Source: Waterburya sp. (GTDB lineage: Bacteria > Cyanobacteriota > Cyanobacteriia > Cyanobacteriales > Xenococcaceae). From it: a DNA stretch of 64,000 bases. A program made the translations under genes and the position numbers. This document shows, piece by piece, positions 1 through 10,284 of this stretch (positions are counted from its first letter, which is position 1; every line of letters starts with the position of its first letter). The DNA is taken from the NCBI GenBank assembly GCA_965217895.1, contig CBDCJV010000002.1, forward strand, positions 2,720,001 through 2,784,000. Direction: 5' to 3'. Below the pieces are notes generated by a model. The model did not search any database. It saw only the letters and a program-made list of their open reading frames with translations, and was not told the origin of the DNA.

Positions 1-574
1 TATTTTCGCCTTTGCCAATATGACTGGCTTTGCCAGTTTTTTTAGCTAGTTCAATCAGCCCAGGAACTTGAATACTCTCTGCATGAATTCCCTGACCTTG
101 ACCATAAATTAGGCTGTGACATAAAACTATAGAATGCACGCCTTGTTGGGCAGCATTTAAAACTCTTTCATTAATGGCAATACGTCCTACTTTTTCGATT
201 GCAGGATGAAATGGCGTATCTTCATTAAAAACTAATTCGCTCTTATTGCCAGCAGCTTTATCGCCGACAAGACTAGAACCGCTAGTTTGAATAAATAGTT
301 TATCAGTACCATTTAATACTGGCAAAATTGTTGTTACTATCCAAGGATTATCAGAATCAGCAGCATTGATTACGGCATCAGATTTTTGTGTAGTCTCAAT
401 TAAAAGCCTGCTGTCTGTAAGGCTACCGACAACAGGTTCAATGCCCATTTTGTCAAGCTGTTGGGCTTTTTCTTTTGAGCGTGTAAGTCCTAAAACTTGA
501 TGACCTGCATCAATTAGTTTTACTGCCACTGACCCACCAATATATCCAGTCGCACCAGTTAGAAAAATTTTCAT
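1..574 (-). CDS. NAD-dependent epimerase/dehydratase (extended SDR), runs off the window start
   Basis: Manual translation from ATG at 574: MKIFLTGATGYIGGSVAVKLIDAGHQVLGLTRS, with a GxxGxxG Rossmann motif; divergent from the MmyB-like regulator. Confidence 0.85.
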   Translation of the reverse strand, partial: MKIFLTGATGYIGGSVAVKLIDAGHQVLGLTRSKEKAQQLDKMGIEPVVGSLTDSRLLIETTQKSDAVINAADSDNPWIVTTILPVLNGTDKLFIQTSGSSLVGDKAAGNKSELVFNEDTPFHPAIEKVGRIAINERVLNAAQQGVHSIVLCHSLIYGQGQGIHAESIQVPGLIELAKKTGKASHIGKGEN

Positions 575-652
575 AGCTTTGTTTCTTATCAGTCTGACTT
601 TGTTTACTATTTGTTAGTCTGACAAAAGCCTAATCTTAGTACCAGAGTTTAC

Positions 653-666
653 TTATACTGGTATAA
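653..666. promoter_or_regulatory. Near-palindrome TTATAC-TG-GTATAA, candidate operator of the adjacent XRE/MmyB regulator
   Basis: Inverted repeat between the divergent SDR gene and the regulator. Confidence 0.35.
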
Positions 667-681
667 AAACTAATATCTTAA

Positions 682-1518
682 ATGAATGAAAAAGAGCGAT
701 TAAAGGAGCTTGCTGATTTTCTTCGCACCCGCAGAGCTAAACTTTCACCCGCTCAAGTTGGTTTATTACCAGGATTACGCCGTCGAGTTCCTGGTTTGCG
801 CCGAGAGGAAGTAGCCGAACTTGCCCAAATAAGCGTTACTTGGTACACATGGTTAGAACAAACAAGATCGGTTAAAGTATCTCCCCAAGCTCTTTCAAGA
901 ATTGCTCAAGCACTTCAATTAGATCGGCACGAACAAGAGCATTTGTTTTTTTTAGCAGGACAGTCGCCACCACCTTCATCTCTGGCGCAAGAGCAAGTTA
1001 CAGAATCAATTCGACAGGTGTTAGAAAGTTTAGAACCAAACCCCGCTTATCTGGTAGACTTGCGCTGGAATTTGCTGGCGTGGAATCAAGCAGCTATTTC
1101 AGTTTTTGGAGACTTTAGCGTGTTTCCATCATCAGAATGCAATTTAATGTGGTTAGCGTTTACCAACTCAGCCATAAAGGAACTTTTTGTCAACTGGTCG
1201 GACTTTGCACACTGCTTACTTGTTCACTATCGAGCCGATTACGCGCAAAATGCAAGCGATCGCAACTGGAGCGAATTAGCCATAGCACTTCAAAAAGTCA
1301 GTCCTCAGTTTCGCCAGTGCTGGAAGAGTCATGATGTTGCTCGTCCTCATGAAGTACAAGAATTAAATCATCCTATTGTCGGAAAACTGGTGTTAGATTC
1401 GGTTACTTTTCAAGTTTATCCAGCAGCTAATCTACGACTTACCGCCTACACGCCGAAAGCAGGTATAGATAAGTCAAAGTTACAAAAGCTGCAAAAAACT
1501 AAAGAATATAGCGGTTAG
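682..1518 (+). CDS. XRE-family HTH transcriptional regulator with MmyB-like ligand-binding domain
   Basis: LADFLRTRRAKLSP..RRRVPGLRREEVAELA..WYTWLEQ; C-terminal PAS-like HPIVG motif. Confidence 0.9.
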   Translation: MNEKERLKELADFLRTRRAKLSPAQVGLLPGLRRRVPGLRREEVAELAQISVTWYTWLEQTRSVKVSPQALSRIAQALQLDRHEQEHLFFLAGQSPPPSSLAQEQVTESIRQVLESLEPNPAYLVDLRWNLLAWNQAAISVFGDFSVFPSSECNLMWLAFTNSAIKELFVNWSDFAHCLLVHYRADYAQNASDRNWSELAIALQKVSPQFRQCWKSHDVARPHEVQELNHPIVGKLVLDSVTFQVYPAANLRLTAYTPKAGIDKSKLQKLQKTKEYSG

Positions 1519-1620
1519 TGCGATCGCTTTTATCAGCTTACTTATAACTTTAGTTTCTCACTTATTGGAGGAGTGCGATCGCCTTCTTAATGACTAACTT
1601 AAAATATTTTTTAACTTTGA

Positions 1621-1674
1621 CAACGAGCAAGTTGTTAATGTAGTCTACAATATACTTAAACAACATTTTTGTTG
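1621..1674. promoter_or_regulatory. Two SufR operator sites (CAAC-N6-GTTG) 26 bp apart
   Basis: CAACGAGCAAGTTG at 1621-1634 and CAACATTTTTGTTG at 1661-1674, upstream of sufC; matches the cyanobacterial SufR site architecture. Confidence 0.8.
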
Positions 1675-1791
1675 TTTTAATACCAAACAGTAGCAAGCAA
1701 CATAATTAGTCTTCTCCCTGGTATAGTCTGTCCTAATCAGAGCTTGGGAATTACCCGTAAAAATAGTCAGAAATTGTTTATTTAACAAACA

Positions 1792-2565
1792 ATGAGTCAA
1801 ACAATCTTATCAATACGCAATTTAACAGCCAACGTCGATGGTACGCCAATTCTTAAGGGTGTCAACTTAGAAATTAAGGCAGGTGAAATCCATGCCATTA
1901 TGGGGCGCAATGGCTCAGGAAAAAGCACCTTATCTAAGATTATTGCTGGACATCCTGACTATGAAGTAACTGGTGGAGAAATTATTTATCAGGGTGAAAG
2001 TATTCTTGATAAAGAGCCTGACGAAAGAGCTAATAGCGGTATCTTTTTGGCTTTTCAATACCCTTTAGCAATTCCTGGAGTCAGCAATCTTGACTTTATG
2101 CGAGTGGCATATAACGCCAAGCGTAAATATCAAGGATTAGAAGAAATAGATACTTTCGATTTTGAAGATCTCATCGAAGAAAAGCTAGAAGTAGTGAAAA
2201 TGAATCCTAGTTTTTTAGCCAGAAGCCTAAACGAAGGATTTTCTGGTGGAGAAAAAAAGCGCAACGAAATTCTCCAGATGGCTTTACTTAATCCTACTCT
2301 GACTATCTTAGACGAGATTGATTCAGGTTTAGATATTGATGCTCTAAGAATAGTTTCTGATGGGGTAAATCAGTTAAAAACTCCTGAAAAAGGTTATTTA
2401 TTAATTACTCATTATCAACGTTTACTAGAATACATCGAACCAGATTTTATCCACGTCATGGGGGATGGCAAGATTATCACTAGTGGCGGTAAGGAATTAG
2501 CTTTGGAATTAGAAAGTCGCGGTTACGATTTTCTCGATGATAAGTCGCCTGCGGAGGTTGGATAA
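1792..2565 (+). CDS. sufC: Fe-S cluster assembly ATPase SufC
   Basis: Walker [46 protein letters not shown]. Confidence 0.97.
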   Translation: MSQTILSIRNLTANVDGTPILKGVNLEIKAGEIHAIMGRNGSGKSTLSKIIAGHPDYEVTGGEIIYQGESILDKEPDERANSGIFLAFQYPLAIPGVSNLDFMRVAYNAKRKYQGLEEIDTFDFEDLIEEKLEVVKMNPSFLARSLNEGFSGGEKKRNEILQMALLNPTLTILDEIDSGLDIDALRIVSDGVNQLKTPEKGYLLITHYQRLLEYIEPDFIHVMGDGKIITSGGKELALELESRGYDFLDDKSPAEVG

Positions 2566-3941
2566 TGGCAGTACAGATTCCCTTTGCTACTGTTTCTAAG
2601 CTGCATGAAGCAAAAGTAATCGAAGATATTTTCTTTACAGGTTTATTGCAGCAGTGTCAGGTGCGTGACAATGAATCTAAGTGGTTGCAAAATGTCCGTC
2701 AACAGTCGAAAAACTGGTTGTCTCGTTTATCTGTACCGACAAACAAGGATGAAGACTGGCGTTTTATTGATTTGTCATCCTTGAGCAAAGCAAAATTTGT
2801 AGCAGCACAAAATGTAGTAGGGGTGTTTCGCGAAAGCGGTGCGACCCCGCGTCGACGAAAGGCGCAAGGGAACGCGCACCAAGACACGCCCCTGCCAGAT
2901 ACAGAATCTAGCCGTTTAGTTTATGTCAACGGAATATACAACGCTGAATTATCAAACATATCAGGGTTGCCCACAGGTGTATACTTTGGTGGTTTGGACG
3001 ATTTACCGAAAGACTATGACGCTGCTCAATATTTTGCTCAACAACATGGTGCGGAGGACGCCTTTACAGCATTAAATACCGCAGGTGGTTTAGATGTAGC
3101 GGTGATTTGGACGAGTAAAGATGTGGTAGTAGAAACTCCAATACACCTAGTGTTTATCGCCGATGGCGAATCAGAGTCTATCTTTGCTCAACCTCGTACC
3201 TTAGTTGTAACAGAAAGTGGCTCAAATATTTCTTTAATCGAAGAATATATTGGTACAGGAGAATACTTCACTAACGCTGTTACCGAAGTTTTTGTCAAAG
3301 ATAACGCCAGAGTAAATCATACCCGTCTGCAAGAAGAATCAGCAGCTAGCTTTCATATTGGCAAAACTGCCGTATCTCAAGGGCGTGATAGTCACTATAC
3401 AATTAACGAGATTAATCTGGGCGCAAAACTATTTCGTCATAACCCAGAGGTATTGCAGCAGGGAGAACAAACCGAAAGCAACCTCAATGGTTTGACTGTA
3501 GCTACAAAAGAACAAGTATCTGATACCCATAGTATTATTGCTTTAACTAAACCTCATGGCACTACAAATCAACTGCATAAATGTATTGTAGGCGATCGCG
3601 CTCACACAGTTTTTAACGGTAAGGTATTTGTCCCCAAAGAAGCACAGCTTACGGATGCCACACAGCTAAACCGCAACCTCTTACTTTCTTCTAAAGCTAG
3701 GGTAGACACTAAGCCAGAGTTACAAATTACCGCCGATAACGTAAAGTGCGCTCATGGTGCAACAGTAAGCCAGCTAGAAGCCGAGGAAATTTTCTATCTT
3801 CGTAGTCGTGGTTTAAGTGAATCTGATGCTAACCAATTATTAATCGATGCTTTTGCAGCAGAGATAGTCGATCGCATTCCTCTAGAATCTTTAAGAAACA
3901 GAATTACCCAGACTATCAAACAAAAAGTTATTAACCAATAA
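2565..3941 (+). CDS. sufD: Fe-S cluster assembly protein SufD with an in-frame repeat insertion
   Basis: EDWRF, KPELQITADNVKCAHGATVSQL, FYLRSRG; lies between sufC and sufS. Confidence 0.95.
   Translation: MAVQIPFATVSKLHEAKVIEDIFFTGLLQQCQVRDNESKWLQNVRQQSKNWLSRLSVPTNKDEDWRFIDLSSLSKAKFVAAQNVVGVFRESGATPRRRKAQGNAHQDTPLPDTESSRLVYVNGIYNAELSNISGLPTGVYFGGLDDLPKDYDAAQYFAQQHGAEDAFTALNTAGGLDVAVIWTSKDVVVETPIHLVFIADGESESIFAQPRTLVVTESGSNISLIEEYIGTGEYFTNAVTEVFVKDNARVNHTRLQEESAASFHIGKTAVSQGRDSHYTINEINLGAKLFRHNPEVLQQGEQTESNLNGLTVATKEQVSDTHSIIALTKPHGTTNQLHKCIVGDRAHTVFNGKVFVPKEAQLTDATQLNRNLLLSSKARVDTKPELQITADNVKCAHGATVSQLEAEEIFYLRSRGLSESDANQLLIDAFAAEIVDRIPLESLRNRITQTIKQKVINQ
2817..2895. repeat. GTAG-type REP-like palindrome with a nested 51-bp hairpin element, inside sufD
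   Basis: GTAGGGGTGTTTCGCGAA-[2835-2885 insert]-ACGCCCCTGC; insert arms GGTGCG/CGCACC. Confidence 0.75.
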
Positions 3942-3965
3942 CAAATAGCAAAAATTACCCAAAAT

Positions 3966-5228
3966 ATGACTTTTACCCAAGAGAAAACTTTAGGCGATCG
4001 CGTCAGAGGCGACTTCCCGATTTTACATCAGAAGGTTAACGATAATCCCTTGATTTATTTTGATAGTGCTGCCTCTTCTCAAAAACCCCAAGCAGTATTA
4101 GATGTATTGCAACATTATTATCAACAGGATAATGCCAATGTTCACCGTGGGGCGCATACATTAAGTGGGAGGGCGACAGATGCCTATGAAGGGGCAAGAG
4201 ACAAAATTGCTCAGTTTATTAATGCTGCTTCGCGAGAAGAGATTGTTTTTACTCGTAACGCCAGTGAAGCAATCAACTTGGTGGCATATAGTTGGGGACT
4301 AGCTAACCTCAAACCAGGAGACGAGATTATTCTCTCGGTAATGGAACATCACAGCAACATTGTTCCCTGGCAGCTTATCTCTCAGAAAACTGGTGCGATA
4401 CTTAAATATGTCGAACTTACTCCCAACGAAGAGTTTGATTTTGAGCAATACAAGTCTTTGTTGTCAGATAAAACTAAGCTAGTTTCTCTTGTTCATGTTT
4501 CTAATACTTTGGGAGTGATTAATCCAGTAGCAGAAATTACTAAAGAAGCTCATAAATATGGCGCAAAAGTATTAATTGATGCTTGCCAAAGCGTTCCTCA
4601 TCTACCAGTTGATGTTCAGGCAATCGATTGTGATTGGTTAGTAGCATCAGGACATAAGATGTGTGCTACTACAGGGATTGGCTTTCTCTATGGTAAAAAA
4701 GATATCTTGCTAGATATGCCTCCTTTTATGGGTGGTGGAGAAATGATTGACGAGGTATTTCTCGATCATTCTACCTATGGGGATTTACCTCATAAATTTG
4801 AAGCGGGAACTCCTGCTATTGGTGAAGCGATCGCCCTTGGTGCAGCAATAGATTATCTTAATAACATAGGCATGGATAAGATTCACGCTTATGAAGAAGA
4901 GTTGACTGCCTACTTATTTAAGCAATTAGAAACAATTCCTAACCTCAGAATCTACGGTAATAAACCTACCCTAGAAGGTAAAGGCAGAGCAGCTTTAGCA
5001 GCTTTTAACGTGCCAGGAATACACGCCAGCGACTTAGCAACTCTGTTAGATCATGAAGGTATTGCCATTCGCTCAGGACATCACTGTACCCAACCACTAC
5101 ACCGTATTTTTAATGCTTCTGGTAGCGCAAGAGCTAGTCTATATTTTTACAACACCCGCGAAGAAATTGATGCTTTTATTACGGCTTTGAAAAGTACGAT
5201 TGATTTTTTTAATAGTATGAATGAGTAA
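3966..5228 (+). CDS. sufS: Cysteine desulfurase SufS
   Basis: [25 protein letters not shown] (PLP Lys), RSGHHCTQP. Confidence 0.97.
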   Translation: MTFTQEKTLGDRVRGDFPILHQKVNDNPLIYFDSAASSQKPQAVLDVLQHYYQQDNANVHRGAHTLSGRATDAYEGARDKIAQFINAASREEIVFTRNASEAINLVAYSWGLANLKPGDEIILSVMEHHSNIVPWQLISQKTGAILKYVELTPNEEFDFEQYKSLLSDKTKLVSLVHVSNTLGVINPVAEITKEAHKYGAKVLIDACQSVPHLPVDVQAIDCDWLVASGHKMCATTGIGFLYGKKDILLDMPPFMGGGEMIDEVFLDHSTYGDLPHKFEAGTPAIGEAIALGAAIDYLNNIGMDKIHAYEEELTAYLFKQLETIPNLRIYGNKPTLEGKGRAALAAFNVPGIHASDLATLLDHEGIAIRSGHHCTQPLHRIFNASGSARASLYFYNTREEIDAFITALKSTIDFFNSMNE

Positions 5229-5256
5229 GTAGCAAGCAGCTAATATTAAAAGTGAT

Positions 5257-5393
5257 GGCGTTGCTGAATGTGTAATGCTAAAAAGATATTTAGCTTATTT
5301 ATTAAGTAGTGATGATTTCTTAAAAGCTTACAGCTTACAGCTTACAGCTATGAACAGTCATCCTTTGTACGACATTACTTAATCAGCAACGCC
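5257..5393. mobile_element. MITE, TIR GGCGTTGCTGA, copy 1, 8-bp TSD AAAGTGAT
   Basis: Terminal inverted repeats; AAAGTGAT on both flanks; internal CTTACAG heptamer array. Confidence 0.9.
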
Positions 5394-5567
5394 AAAGTGA
5401 TTAAATTAGACACGCGATAAAAAGAATTATACTGATCCATACATGAATATATTTGTTGTACGTAAATATTTTCATAGTTTAATTGTAGACTTTGAATATC
5501 TATAATATTCCCAGTCTGAGAAGGTTTCTTTTCTACAAATTTGTGAAAAATGATTACTAGTAATTAT

Positions 5568-6032
5568 TTAGTCTTGAGGTAAATAGTCAGGATTCAGAGC
5601 TTCTGAAGGGGTAAAAGGTGAAAGAGTAGGAAAAGTATCAACAGGTAATCCTGTCTCATCGGCAGCTTGTTCTCTTCCGTCTTGGTAACATTGCTTAAAA
5701 ACTTCTTCAAAGTAAGGTTTTAAGCTTGGGCTGGTTTGAAAATCATCTCTTAATCTGCGTCGATGCTCTCTAATACTGGATTTCCAGCTATTCGTTCTTT
5801 TAGTTGGTTGATATTTATATTTGAGCAAATGAAGCAGCACAATGACCAAATTACTTTTGACTGCCCGTTTCTCACTTCTGCCCATGTCTTCAATTTCTTC
5901 AATTAAATTGGCTGTATCTATCTGGGAAAATTTACCTTCCTTGATTAGTTGGGCAGTATGAGACAACCAAAGATAATAATCGCGATCATAAAGATCTGTC
6001 GTATTAGTATTAGTTGATAATTGAGTAGTCAT
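5568..6032 (-). CDS. DUF29 family protein
   Basis: LYDRDYYLW..NLIEEIEDMGRSEKRA..LLHLLKYKYQP..SW..SIREHR. Confidence 0.92.
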   Translation of the reverse strand: MTTQLSTNTNTTDLYDRDYYLWLSHTAQLIKEGKFSQIDTANLIEEIEDMGRSEKRAVKSNLVIVLLHLLKYKYQPTKRTNSWKSSIREHRRRLRDDFQTSPSLKPYFEEVFKQCYQDGREQAADETGLPVDTFPTLSPFTPSEALNPDYLPQD

Positions 6033-6347
6033 GTTAATAAGCTCTTTTTAAAAGTATTTTTGTATTATTTGAATAAATTATTTACTAATTTCTTGTTAAC
6101 CTAGCATTTACAAAAGCGTTAAGTAAGATTCAGCTTTAATAGCTAAGGCTCTAAGGACAAACCTTTTAGATTTTGATTTACTTTAGTTAAACGATAGAAC
6201 AGTTAAAAAGCGCGATCGCATTGATGATTTGTCAAAATTTTGTCAATACTGACATAACAATGACATAGCTATGAAAGAAGTGCTTGCTAACTTAAGACAA
6301 TAAATCATTTTTGGTTGTTAAGCTTTTTATTTTTTGGGATAGAAACT

Positions 6348-6530
6348 ATGAATACTTGTATTTGCTGTTCCTATAATTTACTGCTTCATCTTCGTTTCCA
6401 TAACCTTTACTGGTATTGTCAACACTGTCGTTCAAAATTCAATAGCTTTTCAACCATTTGTCAGCAATCAAAATCATTTAAGTCAGAGCAAATTCAATCT
6501 CATAGCTCATGTTTAATTTCTGCACAATAA
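6348..6530 (+). CDS. Small Cys-rich (zinc-ribbon-like) hypothetical protein
   Basis: MNTCICCS..LLLHLR..YWYCQHCR; two CxxC pairs; 18 bp upstream of the glycosyltransferase. Confidence 0.6.
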   Translation: MNTCICCSYNLLLHLRFHNLYWYCQHCRSKFNSFSTICQQSKSFKSEQIQSHSSCLISAQ

Positions 6531-6548
6531 TTATTAATATTTATAACG

Positions 6549-7832
6549 ATGAATCCACCTCAAACAATTGCTTTAATTTCAGTTTATAGCGATCCTGCTG
6601 CGGAAGTTGGCAGTCAAAATGTATATGTGCGATCCTTAGCAGAAGCTTTATCTCGTTTGGGATGGCAAATAGATATATTTACCCGCAAAACCGATGTTGC
6701 CCAAGCAAACATAGTACAGCATAGTCCTAAGTGTCGAACTATTCGCCTAACCGCTGGGGTAATGCAATATATCCCACAACAACAATTAATTGGTTACTTA
6801 CCAGAATTTCTCAAACAACTACGTCAGTTTCAACTAATTAACAGAATTCAGTATCGTTTAATTCATACTAATTATTGGCTATCGGCTTGGGTAGGCATGG
6901 AACTTAAGAAAACCCAGCCTCTCAAACACGTCCATACTTATCATTCTCTTGGTGCTGTAAAATATGCTCATGCTAACAATCTGACTAATATTGTCAAGAC
7001 TCGTTTAGCAATAGAAAAAGCTTGTTTGGAAACAGCCGATTTAAGTATTGCCACTTGCCCTCAGCAAAAAGAATATCTCCAAGAATTAGTTTCTACTAAA
7101 GGTAACATCGAGATTGTCCCCTGCGCTACGGATACTAGAATATTTGGCTCTGTTGCCCATGAAACAGCCAGACAAAAACTAAGAATTGAGCCTGATATAT
7201 TCAATATTCTTTATGTTGGCAGGTTCAATCATCGTCAGGGATTAGAAACTCTTTTGAAAGCAGTCAGCAAACCCTGTTTACACAGCGGTAATAATATTCG
7301 TCTGACTTTAGTTAACAATTCCCATCGCTATTCTCATCATCAGCTAGAAAGAAAACGAATTGAGAAACGGGTGCGGGATTTAAGCATTGAGAATATTACT
7401 ACTTTTAGAGAACGACTCAGTCGAGAAAAATTAGCGGTATGCTATGCTGCTGCGGATGTCTGTGTAGTGCCTAGTCATTATAATCCTTTGGGAATGGTGG
7501 CAATTGAAGCTATGGCAAGTGGGACATCTGTAATTGCTTCTAATGCAGATAGTTTGAAATACGTGGTTCAACATGAACAAACAGGTTTACTATTTCCTGC
7601 TCGAAATTCGTTTGTCTTGAGTAAGGCAATTTTCCGCTTGATGAACGAACCTGAATGGAGATTAAAGTTAAGCGTTTTTGCCAGAGAAAGAGTTTATGAA
7701 TTATTTGACTGGGATGGCGTGGCTAATCAATTGGGAGAATTTTATCTAGAATTGATTACTTCACAGGATATAAATATACCAAACAAATCGTTAAAATATT
7801 CAGTTCAACCTGTAGGAGTTTCAGTATATTAG
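6549..7832 (+). CDS. Glycosyltransferase family 4 (GT-B; MshA/sucrose-phosphate-synthase-like)
   Basis: GSQNVYV, IHTNYWLS, HTYHSLGAVK, PSHYNPLGMVAIEAMASG. Confidence 0.85.
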   Translation: MNPPQTIALISVYSDPAAEVGSQNVYVRSLAEALSRLGWQIDIFTRKTDVAQANIVQHSPKCRTIRLTAGVMQYIPQQQLIGYLPEFLKQLRQFQLINRIQYRLIHTNYWLSAWVGMELKKTQPLKHVHTYHSLGAVKYAHANNLTNIVKTRLAIEKACLETADLSIATCPQQKEYLQELVSTKGNIEIVPCATDTRIFGSVAHETARQKLRIEPDIFNILYVGRFNHRQGLETLLKAVSKPCLHSGNNIRLTLVNNSHRYSHHQLERKRIEKRVRDLSIENITTFRERLSREKLAVCYAAADVCVVPSHYNPLGMVAIEAMASGTSVIASNADSLKYVVQHEQTGLLFPARNSFVLSKAIFRLMNEPEWRLKLSVFARERVYELFDWDGVANQLGEFYLELITSQDINIPNKSLKYSVQPVGVSVY

Positions 7833-8017
7833 ACTTTTGGCAAACTTGCTAATCTAGAAGGATTTGTTAAGTATTACTGCATTCATTTTTGTTAATTCAG
7901 ATTATTAAAGCAAGAAAAAGATAAAATTGATGCTGCAATCTTGAGCAATATTTATTAGGCTAATTAGTAAACTGATCTACTTAAGTTTGTCCTTTAGTCC
8001 TAAAAATAAAATACCTT

Positions 8018-9214
8018 ATGATTGAGCAGATTAAATCTCAATATTCAATAGCTTGGGTGTCTCAAATTGCCGAAATTCCTCAACCAGATTGGGATAAGTT
8101 GGCAAAGCCTTTAAATACTCCTTTTCTTGAATGGGAATGGTTAAATAACATTGAAACTTCTGGTAGCGCGACTGCCCGTACAGGTTGGCAACCGTGCCAT
8201 TTAGCACTGTGGCGCGACGCTCAGCTAATTGGTGCAGCACCACTATATATTAAAGGTCATAGCTACGGTGAATTTGTCTTTGACCATCAGTGGGCAGATT
8301 TATCCCATCGCTTGGGCATTGAGTATTATCCAAAATTATTGGGTATGACCCCCTTTACTCCTGCCGTCGGCTATCGCTTCTTAATTGCCCCTGGAGAAGA
8401 TGAAGAGATGCTGACAGAGATTATGATAGCAGCAATTGATAATTTTTGCGATCGCCATCGTCTTTCGGGCTGTAATTTCTTATTTGTCGATCCTGACTGG
8501 GGCGCAATGATGGAAAAAAACGGTTTTCATAGCTGGCTACACCATGGCTATATTTGGTCAAATCATGATTTCAAAAGCTTTGACGACTATCTCAAAATGT
8601 TTAATAGTAATCAGCGCAAAAATATTAAGCGTGAGCGAAAAGCCGTTGTTAAAGCTGGTTTGTATACTAAAACTTATGTCGGTTCAGAAATTCCACGTCA
8701 TCTATATTCTGAGATTTATCGCTTCTATAATAGTACCTGCAATAAATTTTACTGGGGAAGCAAATATTTAACCCGTAAGTTTTTTGAACAGCTCGCTCCC
8801 AACTACAGCGATCGCCTTGTATTAATTGTGGCATATACTGAGCATGACGATCAAAAACCTGTGGGTATGTCGTTTTGTCTTCGCAAAGGTAAAAATTTAT
8901 ATGGACGCTATTGGGGCTGTGACGAGGAATATGATTGTCTCCATTTTGAAGCCTGTTATTACAAACCTATTGAATGGGCAATAGCCAACGGTATTCAAAT
9001 GTATGATCCAGGCGCAGGAGGTAGGCACAAAAAAAGAAGAGGCTTTCCCGCAACAGCCAATTATAGTTTGCACCGTTTTTACAACGGTCGTATGGCTAAA
9101 ATTCTGCGTAATTACATTGGCGAGATGAATCGCGGTTCACAAGCAGAAATTACTGCTATTAATGAAGATTTGCCCTTCAACAAACAACTGCCTTTAAGTT
9201 TTGAGGTAAATTAA
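8018..9214 (+). CDS. GNAT-fold FemAB-like protein (DUF482)
   Basis: KGHSYGEFVFDHQWA, PFTP, LYGRYWG, LHFEACYY, GAGGRHK..RGF. Confidence 0.88.
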   Translation: MIEQIKSQYSIAWVSQIAEIPQPDWDKLAKPLNTPFLEWEWLNNIETSGSATARTGWQPCHLALWRDAQLIGAAPLYIKGHSYGEFVFDHQWADLSHRLGIEYYPKLLGMTPFTPAVGYRFLIAPGEDEEMLTEIMIAAIDNFCDRHRLSGCNFLFVDPDWGAMMEKNGFHSWLHHGYIWSNHDFKSFDDYLKMFNSNQRKNIKRERKAVVKAGLYTKTYVGSEIPRHLYSEIYRFYNSTCNKFYWGSKYLTRKFFEQLAPNYSDRLVLIVAYTEHDDQKPVGMSFCLRKGKNLYGRYWGCDEEYDCLHFEACYYKPIEWAIANGIQMYDPGAGGRHKKRRGFPATANYSLHRFYNGRMAKILRNYIGEMNRGSQAEITAINEDLPFNKQLPLSFEVN

Positions 9215-9337
9215 TTAAAATTAACAAGATCGGCTATTAAAGGCAACTGAACTATTTTTTGAGATGCTTGCTAAAATCTCATTGATAAAAAATGGTGAGC
9301 TATATCTAGATAACCCACCTTAATAACTTTACCAACT

Positions 9338-9473
9338 GTCACAGATTGCTCTGTCCGTTTAGGAGTCCACTTTGCCTGGGGTGTCCCCAGGCATTTATGA
9401 GCGTGGGCTATGCCGAACTTGGTTTCGCATCTAGAACCACGCTGTTGTGGGACGTGGAGGAGTAATCTGTGAC
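9338..9473. ncRNA. Candidate structured RNA / mini-element, copy A
   Basis: 14-bp closing stem GTCACAGATTGCTC/GAGTAATCTGTGAC and two internal hairpins; motifs shared with 27546-27660. Confidence 0.5.
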
Positions 9474-9505
9474 TTACTAATTTTCCTAGGGAAATTCAAT
9501 AAGTT

Positions 9506-9982
9506 CTAGCTAGCTTTGACAAAGCTAACGTCACGTTCTTTAGTTGCCCAAAACATTTCATGGATTTTTTTAACTGCTTCCATTAATTCATTGGCGTGTT
9601 CTGTGCTTACTTCTACTTTACAAGCAGAACAGAGTTTAGCAGCTTTCCAAAAAGTATCGTGAAGATCGGGATATTTCTCCAAATGCACAGGCTTAAAGTA
9701 GTCTGTCCAGAGAATTAATAAATCTTCCTTGGTTTTTTGAGCCTGCTCTTCTTTGATTGCTACATAGCGAGAAAGAGTATTGTGGTAAGCAATATTAGCA
9801 GCTTTATCCTCATGAGGAGGAGCTTCCATATCCATAATTTTCTTAGTCATCGAAACCACAGCCTCAGCCGTAATACGCGCCGAAGCGGGATCGTACACAC
9901 CACAAGGACCATCACAATGAGCATGAACTGCGGGTGCAGGAGAGAAATTTTTGACCTGGGCAATGACTTGTTTTAGTATCAT
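9506..9982 (-). CDS. sodN: Nickel superoxide dismutase precursor
   Basis: Ni-hook HCDGPCGVYDP after an N-terminal leader; LWTDYFK. Confidence 0.96.
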   Translation of the reverse strand: MILKQVIAQVKNFSPAPAVHAHCDGPCGVYDPASARITAEAVVSMTKKIMDMEAPPHEDKAANIAYHNTLSRYVAIKEEQAQKTKEDLLILWTDYFKPVHLEKYPDLHDTFWKAAKLCSACKVEVSTEHANELMEAVKKIHEMFWATKERDVSFVKAS

Positions 9983-10284
9983 AATTTATGGTGTTCTTTG
10001 TTTTAGAATGCGATAAGTGCGATCTTGGTTATTTAAAGCAGAAATAATTTTAAATGAGGGTTGTAGGAAGTACAAAAGATATAGATCGCAATTATATATT
10101 TTGTTCCTATCTCAACTTAAGCTTAGTTTGATTCAGGGTTAGTTTGCAAGAGAAGAAATCTGTGGTTGTTGGTCAGACTATTTGTTGCTGACAGGATTAA
10201 CTTTGTTTAAGGTTGCTGCTTGAGAATCACACTTGTTTTTAGAAAATTAAGAAAACATCAAAAAAACGTTTTTCTTAAACTGTA

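Noticed and set aside
9338..9473. Assignment as SRP RNA, 6S RNA, NiCo riboswitch or ribozyme
   Set aside because: Diagnostic motifs not found; lies downstream, not upstream, of sodN
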